From assembly GCA_024408105.1 (NCBI GenBank), contig JAKSVG010000004.1:1151-65150 (forward strand): a DNA stretch of 64,000 nt, in the 5' to 3' direction. The notes beneath the pieces are model-generated. The model made no database searches. It was given only the letters and a program-made list of their open reading frames with translations, and had not been told where the DNA came from. The number at the start of each line of letters is the position of its first letter. Position 1 is the stretch's first letter. This document shows, one piece after another, positions 27,061 to 35,486 of the stretch. The position numbers and the translations under genes are program-made. This stretch comes from Bacilli bacterium. GTDB lineage: Bacteria; Bacillota_I; Bacilli_A; RFN20; CAG-826.

Positions 27061-28815
27061 ATGAAAAATAAAATTTCTGCATTATTATTATTGCCTTTGG
27101 TTATGGGCGCTGTTACATCATGTAGTATTAACAGCCATCAATCGGCAAACGAAGGCGATAATGTTTTAACGAAAGAGATTCTTAAAGCGAATACAGTAAA
27201 ATATGATGAATTCTATCATTATAATCTTTCCTTTAAGACTATTACAGTTTCTGGAACAGATTATTCAGCTGTTTCAAAATCTAAAATAACTGTCGGACAT
27301 TCAGATTTCGTTAAATTAACTTATGCCGATGGCGAAGTTGCACTTTTTTCAGTGTTTAAAGGTGAGATTGTATTACCTAAGAAAAATTGGTCCAACGTTG
27401 GTGTTGTAACAAATGCGTATACCAGCAGTAACGGATTGATTTTTGGATTAATTCAAGACACTGAGGGAAAGACTACTGAAGCACATTACTTCGACGGAAA
27501 CGGAAACGAAGTTTGGAAAAATGGCGATGGTGAAATCGTCCAATACGTGCAAACAGAAATGTCATTAAACAGAAATGAATCTGTCATTGTGAACATGTTT
27601 ATGTATATGGATGAAGGATCAGCTCCTCATATCAAATTCCAAGTTTACGAAAATGATGTGGTTGCAAAAACATATGTTGACCAATTACCAACAGGTGAAA
27701 AATATGTTCAAACAGAAGGTCAACCTTATGATATGACCGTTGTCTTGAGTGGAACTTTACTTCCATTAGAAGATGTTGGATTAAAGGGCTATTACTTAGC
27801 ACCTCTTTCAACAAAATGGTATGTTTATAATGAAAAATTTGAAGTCGTTAACTCATACACCATTCCTTCTGGAATGGACTTCTACTCAATGGCTTTCCTT
27901 GATGGCGTTGCAATCATGCAAAAGTCAGTTCAAGTTGAGTCTCACTATGCAAATCCATCCTATTTTGTTGGAACAAATCGCTACGCATTAGAAACATATA
28001 AAGTTGATATTTTATCAGGTGAAGTCACACCATTAGATGTCAACTATGTTCTTCAAATGAGTGATTCAAAATGTGAACCATTGTATAACAGCAAAGGTGA
28101 ATATATTAAATATTCTGTTGAAAAAGTCCGTTTAATTTCAAAAACAGGTTCATTAGATTCAACTGACACATATTGGGTTATTGATGGAGATGGCAAACTA
28201 CACAACAATATGTCATCTGCTCCTTCATTGTATAGATTAATCCAATGGGGTAATTACTATCTTGAATATGATAGTTCTGCATACCAAGTTTATGACGAAA
28301 ATTTAGTGCCATATACATTCCTACAAAATGCTCAAATCTTGGAAAATACCAAATACTTAGTATTTACAGATAAAAACGGGCAATCAGGACTTATTGACCA
28401 AAACCTTACTGTCGTATCAAAAGGAAGATTTGTTCCTTCAAGTATACTTGGTATTGGCGAAGCTAACACATTCTTTGCTTATACACCAGACGGTATCGGA
28501 GGCTTCTATGAAATTAAAGACAATTCTGTTAGCGAAAAGAAAGTTTGGGATTTAACAAAAGTTTATGATTTTGATTTCGCTGGATACGCATTGTATGTTC
28601 AAGAAACAGAAACATCCGACATCAAATACTATAATTGCCTAAACGGTGAAGAGGTTACACTCTCTTCAATTCCTACTGGATTCACACCTGATTCTGGCAT
28701 CTCAGCAACAGCTATTTCTGATATGAAAATGGCTTCAGGATCATACGGAATCGATGCAGCAAACAATTTTATAGCAGTTCTACAAGAAGTGTCCTTGGAA
28801 GGACTTGTTAAATAA
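27061..28815 (+). CDS. Large lipoprotein of unknown function (paralogue A)
   Basis: 584 aa, signal peptide plus lipobox AVTSC, SD GGAAG. Collinear similarity to the next gene along the whole length. Confidence 0.7.
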   Translation: MKNKISALLLLPLVMGAVTSCSINSHQSANEGDNVLTKEILKANTVKYDEFYHYNLSFKTITVSGTDYSAVSKSKITVGHSDFVKLTYADGEVALFSVFKGEIVLPKKNWSNVGVVTNAYTSSNGLIFGLIQDTEGKTTEAHYFDGNGNEVWKNGDGEIVQYVQTEMSLNRNESVIVNMFMYMDEGSAPHIKFQVYENDVVAKTYVDQLPTGEKYVQTEGQPYDMTVVLSGTLLPLEDVGLKGYYLAPLSTKWYVYNEKFEVVNSYTIPSGMDFYSMAFLDGVAIMQKSVQVESHYANPSYFVGTNRYALETYKVDILSGEVTPLDVNYVLQMSDSKCEPLYNSKGEYIKYSVEKVRLISKTGSLDSTDTYWVIDGDGKLHNNMSSAPSLYRLIQWGNYYLEYDSSAYQVYDENLVPYTFLQNAQILENTKYLVFTDKNGQSGLIDQNLTVVSKGRFVPSSILGIGEANTFFAYTPDGIGGFYEIKDNSVSEKKVWDLTKVYDFDFAGYALYVQETETSDIKYYNCLNGEEVTLSSIPTGFTPDSGISATAISDMKMASGSYGIDAANNFIAVLQEVSLEGLVK

Positions 28816-28829
28816 GGAGGAAGAAAATT

Positions 28830-30572
28830 ATGAAAAACAAAATTTGTGCATTATTAGTTATGCCATTAATGGTTGGAATGATTGCTTCTTGCTCGCCTAG
28901 ACGTCAATCCTTAAACGAAGGAAGTAACGTTATTACCAAAAAATTGCTCGATGCAAATGTTAGCAAAGAGGAATTTTATTCAATCAAGAATTCATTTAAA
29001 GAAATTAGACTTTCTGATGAAGGATTGGATACCGCAACAATTCAAGTCGTTCCTAATTTTGAAGGAATGGTATCAATACAATATGCTGATGGTAAAACTG
29101 CTATATATTCTGCATTGAAACAATCATATCTTCTTCCAAAAGACAAATATGATGTTATTAGCACTGCTACTAATCAATATAGCCAACCAACTTTGTTGTA
29201 TGCTTTAAAATTTGATTCAGCCTCCAACCCATCATTCGGCAAATATTTCGATAGACAAGGCAATTTAATCTTCGAAAATACTAATGAAAAAATCTTTGAG
29301 TTTGTCAACACAAATTCTTTCTATGTCAAAAACAAAGAGGGTGTATACGATCTCGTTCAATCATATGATTGTTATTTCAGAAATGAAAAATACAATACTC
29401 ATGTTGAATCAAAATTCTTTATTGGAAACGATTTGGTTAAAACAACACTTGATAAAAATTATGATGATACACCATTCTTCCAAGAAGAAGGCAAACCATA
29501 TGATATTCATCAAGATGTTTCATCAATCGGAGAATATGATTTAGCTGATTACGGCTTAGAAGGTTATTCATTGCTTGAATTAGGCAATAAGATGTATGTC
29601 TATGATAGTAAGAGAAATCTCAATAACTCATTCACCATTGGTGAATGTGATTCAATCTTTTTGTTAGATGGCTCAATATTAACACAAAAAACATACCAAG
29701 TTGATGAAAAATATGAGAACTACACATATACCAATGGTACATCCTACTATGTCGTCGAAACATATCAATATGATGTTCTCACAGGAAATAAGTCAGAATT
29801 AAAAGTTGACTATGTCATCGATTCACCTGTATACGAAATTTACGATGAAGAAGGTAAATATGTTAAGTATGACGCTATAGACTTATTCTTTATCAGTGAA
29901 AGAGTTCTAAGCAGCGAAGTTCAAACATATATTATTGATGGCAAAGGTGTCCTCCACAACAATCTTACAGGATTACCAAATTTACCAATACTTGAAAAAT
30001 TTGGTGAATATTATGCATTATCATCATCAGGAACAGTTACTTTGTTTGATGAGAATCTAGAACCTAAGAAAATGGTGATGGGAGCAATCATTGAAAATGC
30101 TGGTCTCATTGCATATCAAGATGTGTTTGGAACCTGTGGCGTCCTCGATGAAAAATTAAATGTTCTAACAAGCGGTAAATTTAACAATATTGTTGGTAGA
30201 GCAAATAAAGGTAATTTCTTTGCAGAAGATTTAAACGGAAATGCTGCATTCTATTCTGTTAATGGCTCAACCGTAACAAAGGGTCTTGAATTTGCTGATA
30301 CTGTATCATATGCCCTATGGTACATTGATACATATTCAGGCTTACTCACTGTTCAAAAAGAAGCAACAAGTCCAGTAGAAATTTATAACCTTTATGATGG
30401 CGAAAAACTTCAATTTGTTGAGGAATCTTCAACATACTCATATATTGGTGACATTTCAGTTTATGAAAAAGATTACTTTGTTGATTGTGTAGGCGAAGTT
30501 GGATTTGATTCAGCTGACAAGAGCGTCGTTTTGAGATTATTCAATAATACATGGACAGCTCCATTAAAATAA
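28830..30572 (+). CDS. Large lipoprotein of unknown function (paralogue B)
   Basis: 580 aa, signal peptide plus lipobox MIASC, SD AAGGAGG. Shares blocks with paralogue A (ETYKVDILSGE/ETYQYDVLTGN; VIDGDGKLHNN/IIDGKGVLHNN; YDENLVP/FDENLEP). Confidence 0.7.
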   Translation: MKNKICALLVMPLMVGMIASCSPRRQSLNEGSNVITKKLLDANVSKEEFYSIKNSFKEIRLSDEGLDTATIQVVPNFEGMVSIQYADGKTAIYSALKQSYLLPKDKYDVISTATNQYSQPTLLYALKFDSASNPSFGKYFDRQGNLIFENTNEKIFEFVNTNSFYVKNKEGVYDLVQSYDCYFRNEKYNTHVESKFFIGNDLVKTTLDKNYDDTPFFQEEGKPYDIHQDVSSIGEYDLADYGLEGYSLLELGNKMYVYDSKRNLNNSFTIGECDSIFLLDGSILTQKTYQVDEKYENYTYTNGTSYYVVETYQYDVLTGNKSELKVDYVIDSPVYEIYDEEGKYVKYDAIDLFFISERVLSSEVQTYIIDGKGVLHNNLTGLPNLPILEKFGEYYALSSSGTVTLFDENLEPKKMVMGAIIENAGLIAYQDVFGTCGVLDEKLNVLTSGKFNNIVGRANKGNFFAEDLNGNAAFYSVNGSTVTKGLEFADTVSYALWYIDTYSGLLTVQKEATSPVEIYNLYDGEKLQFVEESSTYSYIGDISVYEKDYFVDCVGEVGFDSADKSVVLRLFNNTWTAPLK

Positions 30573-30593
30573 TTATTTAATTATTTAAAAATT

Positions 30594-30623
30594 AGAGATC
30601 TTAGAAATAGGATCTCTTTTTTT
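30594..30623 (+). terminator. Rho-independent terminator after the lipoprotein pair
   Basis: AGAGATC-TTAGAAATAG-GATCTCT followed by TTTTTTT. Confidence 0.8.
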
Positions 30624-30687
30624 ATAAAACTTTATGCAACATTAAATTAATTCGCTAGTAAGGAATTAAATAATATAAAGAAGTTGC

Positions 30688-32073
30688 TTATTTTAAAACC
30701 GATGGGATATGCGCTTCTTTTCTTTTAATTATTAAAGGAATAATAACCAGCATGCTAAAGAAAGCATAGTCCATTGTGAATGGCAAAATATAAGATCCGC
30801 TTTCGACTATCATTACAAATGATAATGAAGCAATTAATACTATCTCGAATAAAATTAATGACTTATTATCCTTAAACTCTTTTATTATTAAGTAAATTAA
30901 ATAAGCGAAAATTAGAAGAAAACCGCACAAAAGGATAATTCCACCATTACCAAGTAATTCAACGATTGTGTTGTGCGCAAATTGATAATCTATTAAAGAT
31001 TCTTTAAGGCACGCACATAAAGCAAAACCAAAATTACGATATCCAAAACCAAATAAAATATTTTGATTGGCAAACATTTGATAAACTACATTCCATATCT
31101 GAACACGTGATTCAAATGCACCAGGAGTACCCATGATGAAGATATCAACAAAATAAGTAGAATATCCTTCAATATAATTGTTGAGAATAAATATAGAAGC
31201 AATAAAACCTGATATGAGCAATAAACTAATTGAAATAGTAACAATGTTTCTTACCTTATGTTCTTTGAATGAAAGAATAAATCTATAAATAAGATAAGCG
31301 CCCAAAAAGAATGGGGCTATAAATGTATAAGCTTTGCAGAATGATATTAATATATTAATAAGGAAGAAAATAGCAAAAATTAGCCACCACCAATGAAATT
31401 TACGTTGATGGAGAAATATTGATGAAGCTAATCCTATAAATAGCACTACCGCGTAGCTGTTTTTATTCGGAAAAATAGATTGGATAGATTGAAAGTTTTT
31501 TTCTTTATTGATTAATTTAGGAATAAACGAAGAATAAAAATCAAATTCGTTAATTAAACTATAAACAAAACAAAATATGACAAATATAATAGCTAGAATA
31601 GACAGAACATAAACAAAATCTAAATCATCAAAAATCTTTGGAAATATATCAATAATAGAATAAGTTAATGCAATCATTGCAAATAGTTGAACAATATATG
31701 TAAATTTATCCTTATTATTTATTTCATAAATAATTTGTGAAGCAACATTGTTCCTAATAATCGAAAATTCATTTAAGCAAGGAAGAATAATGATTCCAAT
31801 TACACCGCAAACAAAAAGGATCGTTAACAAGCCAAGGATAATATATGTTGGTTTATATCTTTTAATACAAATATTGAGTGTTATTAATGAACCAAAAAAT
31901 ACAAATGAGCCCGCAAATAATGTAATTATCGCAAATAGAGGCAATGACACCATCGGATCATTGGTGAAAGATTTAGTTCCAGCTAGAAGATAAAATGTTG
32001 ATGTTAAAAACAAAACCATTAAAACAAAATTAATGATTGTGAATCTATCTATTTTCTTAAAAAATGCCTTCAT
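30688..32073 (-). CDS. O-antigen ligase/polymerase family (Wzy_C-type) polytopic membrane protein
   Basis: 461 aa, about 10 or more hydrophobic segments. Family-typical RVQIW... and QFAHNTIVELLGNGGIILL blocks. Paralogous to 41788-43602 (shared FPNKNS block). Confidence 0.65.
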   Translation of the reverse strand: MKAFFKKIDRFTIINFVLMVLFLTSTFYLLAGTKSFTNDPMVSLPLFAIITLFAGSFVFFGSLITLNICIKRYKPTYIILGLLTILFVCGVIGIIILPCLNEFSIIRNNVASQIIYEINNKDKFTYIVQLFAMIALTYSIIDIFPKIFDDLDFVYVLSILAIIFVIFCFVYSLINEFDFYSSFIPKLINKEKNFQSIQSIFPNKNSYAVVLFIGLASSIFLHQRKFHWWWLIFAIFFLINILISFCKAYTFIAPFFLGAYLIYRFILSFKEHKVRNIVTISISLLLISGFIASIFILNNYIEGYSTYFVDIFIMGTPGAFESRVQIWNVVYQMFANQNILFGFGYRNFGFALCACLKESLIDYQFAHNTIVELLGNGGIILLCGFLLIFAYLIYLIIKEFKDNKSLILFEIVLIASLSFVMIVESGSYILPFTMDYAFFSMLVIIPLIIKRKEAHIPSVLK

Positions 32074-32963
32074 TTTGATTTTGAGATAATGTAATCAACA
32101 TAATAACCAGCAACATTGATTCCACTAACTTTTTCAATCCCTTCATAAAATGCATTTGAATTAACTTCTGAAACAATAGGTTCATTATTTTTGCCAATTA
32201 GGATATCTACCCCACAATAGTCTAAACCAAGAATTTCACTTGCTTTTATTGCAATATCCTTGTAATTCTCAGGAATTTCTTCTATATATGCTTTACCGCC
32301 ACAAGCCAAATTTGATAGATATGAATTTTTGTTTTCTCTTTTCATATACGCAATAACTTTATGGCCAATAACAATAACTCTATAATCAACTCCAATTGAG
32401 GAAGATATAAATTCCTGATAAATATGTGGGGTATGAATAAGTTTATTTTCAATCTCAAGCAGCTCATCATGGGATTTAACTAAATATACTTGTCTGCCTA
32501 ATGAACCGTAATTTTCTTTCACAATTAATGGATAAGAAAGTTTCTTTTCAACTTCATTAATAAAGTTTCTGTCTCCGTTATCTCGATAGCATAATGTAGA
32601 TGACAACGTAATAGGCATTTTAATGCCATGATTTGCGAGAGCAATATGAGTTAGCATTTTGTCATCACACAACTCGATTGCATTGGATGAATTAAAAAGA
32701 TGATATCCAATCTTTTCAAGCATTCTAGCAACAAACTTATCTTTATCTAAATAAACTACAAAATTATATTGTCCTAAAGAACTAACAACTTCATTATTAT
32801 TAACAAAAACAAGTAGTTCGTTGTTACGTTTTAAGTCGATATTAATAGAACGTTTAGAAAACTCTTCACGTAAACGTGAAATTTGATGCTCAATACCTTG
32901 AGCAAGACCATATCCGTTAACGACGATTAAACCCTTCATAGTGATAAGTATACATCTTATCAA
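32070..32963 (-). CDS. RimK-type ATP-grasp ligase
   Basis: About 290 aa with an ATP-grasp pattern (YPLIVKENYGSLGRQVYLV, IYQEFISSSIGVDYRVIVIG, GVDILIGKNNEPIVSEVNSN). The stop overlaps the downstream ATG as ATGA (32070-32073). The start is uncertain: TTG 32963 or ATG 32939. Confidence 0.7.
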   Translation of the reverse strand: MIRCILITMKGLIVVNGYGLAQGIEHQISRLREEFSKRSINIDLKRNNELLVFVNNNEVVSSLGQYNFVVYLDKDKFVARMLEKIGYHLFNSSNAIELCDDKMLTHIALANHGIKMPITLSSTLCYRDNGDRNFINEVEKKLSYPLIVKENYGSLGRQVYLVKSHDELLEIENKLIHTPHIYQEFISSSIGVDYRVIVIGHKVIAYMKRENKNSYLSNLACGGKAYIEEIPENYKDIAIKASEILGLDYCGVDILIGKNNEPIVSEVNSNAFYEGIEKVSGINVAGYYVDYIISKSK

Positions 32964-32973
32964 TTAATTTTTC

Positions 32974-33023
32974 TTGATAATTATAAACTAGTTTATTAAT
33001 ATATTCATTGACATTTTTGTCAA
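32974..33023 (+). promoter_or_regulatory. tetR promoter candidate plus 16-bp palindromic operator candidate
   Basis: TTGATA (32974-32979), 17 nt, TAATAT (32997-33002), then the perfect-arm palindrome TTGACA-TTTT-TGTCAA (33008-33023) just before the tetR ATG. A minus-strand TATAAT (32985-32980) for the divergent ATP-grasp operon overlaps this region. Confidence 0.4.
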
Positions 33024-33030
33024 CGAAAGT

Positions 33031-33663
33031 ATGCCAAGAAGTAAAAAACAGTATCAAAACATGGTCGCTGAGCGACGAGATTGTATTATAAAATCTGCAC
33101 TCAGAGTTTTTGCTTTGAAAGGATACAATGCGACAGGTATGGATGATATTTCAAATGAGGCAAAATGTTCACGAACATTGATTTATCATTACTACCCTAC
33201 AAAAGAAGAACTGTTTAGAAACTTAATGCGGTATGTCGCTAATAGAATCTATGCAATAACGGAATCTATTGATTATAATCAAACTCCAGATAAATCATTA
33301 AAAGAATTATTAACTAAAGTATTGGATAAGATTAATAATAATAGTTCAAATTGTGAATATGCTTGTATGTTCTATTTAATTCTTAATCTGCATCTTCAAG
33401 GAGAAAATATACCAAAGCCTAAGATAAAGAAGATTGACGCACCGATAGGAAGGCAACGATTATACATAATTATTAATCACCTAATTGAAAGTGGTCAAAA
33501 ATTGAAAATCTTTTCCAAAGGTGAAACGAAGAAATTTACAATCGCAATCTTGGCTATGCTAAATGGCTTAGCATATAACAAAATATTTCTTAAAGAAAAA
33601 TATACATACCCAGATGTTTCTATGATAATGAAAATAATTCTAAAGGAGGTACAACTATGCTAG
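33031..33663 (+). CDS. TetR/AcrR family transcriptional regulator
   Basis: 210 aa with an N-terminal HTH (IIKSALRVFALKGYNATGMDDISNEAKCSRTLIYHYYPTKEELF). Confidence 0.85.
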   Translation: MPRSKKQYQNMVAERRDCIIKSALRVFALKGYNATGMDDISNEAKCSRTLIYHYYPTKEELFRNLMRYVANRIYAITESIDYNQTPDKSLKELLTKVLDKINNNSSNCEYACMFYLILNLHLQGENIPKPKIKKIDAPIGRQRLYIIINHLIESGQKLKIFSKGETKKFTIAILAMLNGLAYNKIFLKEKYTYPDVSMIMKIILKEVQLC

Positions 33664-35486
33664 ATAAAATTAAATTAATTCTTAAAAGTGTAAGGCAATA
33701 TAAAAAGTATGCATTGATTACACCTATTTTTATGGTAATTGAGTCGTTACTTGAATGTGTTTTGCCATTTGCTATGTCAATCTTTCTAGATTTATGCATA
33801 AAAGCTGTCTCTTTTGATGACTTCATGAAATTATATGATCATCCAAAGTTACCGTTTCAAATTAGTTTATTCGCGTTAATTTTAGTTATGGTTGGAATGG
33901 CTGTTTTATCAATTGCCTCTGGTATTCTTGGAGGAAGATACGCCGCAAAAGCATCAGTTGGTTTAGCAACAAACCTAAGAAGTGATCTTTATAAAAAGAT
34001 CCAATCCTTCTCTTTTGCTAATATTGACAAATTTTCAACATCATCACTTGTTACTAGAATGACTACTGATATTCAAAATGTTCAAATGGCCTTCCAAATG
34101 AGCATTCGTATTGTTATCAGGGCACCGCTTATGATGATTTTCTCAGCTGTTATGGCGTTCGTTGCAGGTGGTCAGGTCGCATGGATTTTTATTGGATTAA
34201 TTCCAGTATTAGTAATTGGATTATTCTTTATTATTAAATACGCGATGAAGATATTCTTAAGAGTCTTTAAACGTTACGATGCTCTTAACCAGTCTGTACA
34301 AGAAAATATTTCCGGAATTCGTGTTGTTAAAGCATATGTTAGAGAAGATTTTGAAAAAGAGAAATTTAACAATGCTTCAACAAGCATGATGTCAGATTTT
34401 GTTAAAGCAGAAAAAATTGTTGCTTTAAATACTCCGTTAATGAACACAACGATTCATATCTCGAATATTTTAGTTGTCGGTATAGCATCATTCTTTATAG
34501 GAAAATATAGCTCTATTTCAAAAGAAGGAGGTGTCACCACAATTATCAATGACAAACTTTCAATTGGACAAATGTCATCGTTATTGACTTATGGCATTCA
34601 AATTCTTATGAACATCATGATGATCTCAATGATTATGGTTATGTTAACAATGTCACTTGAAGCAGTTAGACGTATTGGGGAAGTTCTTCAAGAGGAACCG
34701 ACTATCAAAAATCCATCTAATCCTCTTTATGATGTAAATGATGGTTCAATTGATTTCAATGATGTCAATTTCCGTTATAAAAAAGATGCTCAAAGAGACA
34801 CCTTGTCTCATATCGATATACACATAAAATCTGGGCAATTCGTGGGTATTTTAGGTTCTACAGGTTCTGGAAAAACAAGCGTAATCAACCTAATTTCTAG
34901 ACTTTATGATGTTTCAAGCGGGCAAGTACTTGTCGGAGGAAAAGATGTTCGCGCATATGATTTAAAAACATTAAGAGATAATGTTGCTGTAGTTCTTCAA
35001 AAAAATGTCTTATTCTCGGGCACAATTGCAGAAAATCTACGTTGGGGGAAAGAAGACGCAACAATTGAAGAAATGGAAAAAGCTTGCGATATAGCTCAAG
35101 CAAGCGAATTTGTTCATCAACTTCCTCAAGGTTTAGAAACTCATATTGAGCAAGGCGGTTCAAATGTTTCGGGGGGTCAAAAACAAAGACTTTGTATTGC
35201 TCGAGCAGTGCTCAAGAGTCCTAAAATTTTAATTCTTGATGACTCAACATCTGCTGTTGATACTAAGACAGATAAATTGATTAGAAAACATTTAAGAGAA
35301 GATATTCCCGATACAACTAAGATTGTTATTGCTCAAAGAATTTCTTCTATAGAAGATGCTGATCAAATAATAATTCTTGATGATGGCGCAATAAGTGCAA
35401 TTGGAACACATGAGCAACTTCTCAAAACAAGTCCGATTTATCAAGAAGTTTATTACACACAAAACAGAGTAGGAGGTGAACAATAA
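33657..35486 (+). CDS. ABC exporter, fused permease/ATPase (heterodimer half 1)
   Basis: 609 aa with a 6-TM domain, then Walker A GSTGSGKTS, signature VSGGQKQR and Walker B ILILDD. SD GGAGG. Confidence 0.9.
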   Translation: MLDKIKLILKSVRQYKKYALITPIFMVIESLLECVLPFAMSIFLDLCIKAVSFDDFMKLYDHPKLPFQISLFALILVMVGMAVLSIASGILGGRYAAKASVGLATNLRSDLYKKIQSFSFANIDKFSTSSLVTRMTTDIQNVQMAFQMSIRIVIRAPLMMIFSAVMAFVAGGQVAWIFIGLIPVLVIGLFFIIKYAMKIFLRVFKRYDALNQSVQENISGIRVVKAYVREDFEKEKFNNASTSMMSDFVKAEKIVALNTPLMNTTIHISNILVVGIASFFIGKYSSISKEGGVTTIINDKLSIGQMSSLLTYGIQILMNIMMISMIMVMLTMSLEAVRRIGEVLQEEPTIKNPSNPLYDVNDGSIDFNDVNFRYKKDAQRDTLSHIDIHIKSGQFVGILGSTGSGKTSVINLISRLYDVSSGQVLVGGKDVRAYDLKTLRDNVAVVLQKNVLFSGTIAENLRWGKEDATIEEMEKACDIAQASEFVHQLPQGLETHIEQGGSNVSGGQKQRLCIARAVLKSPKILILDDSTSAVDTKTDKLIRKHLREDIPDTTKIVIAQRISSIEDADQIIILDDGAISAIGTHEQLLKTSPIYQEVYYTQNRVGGEQ

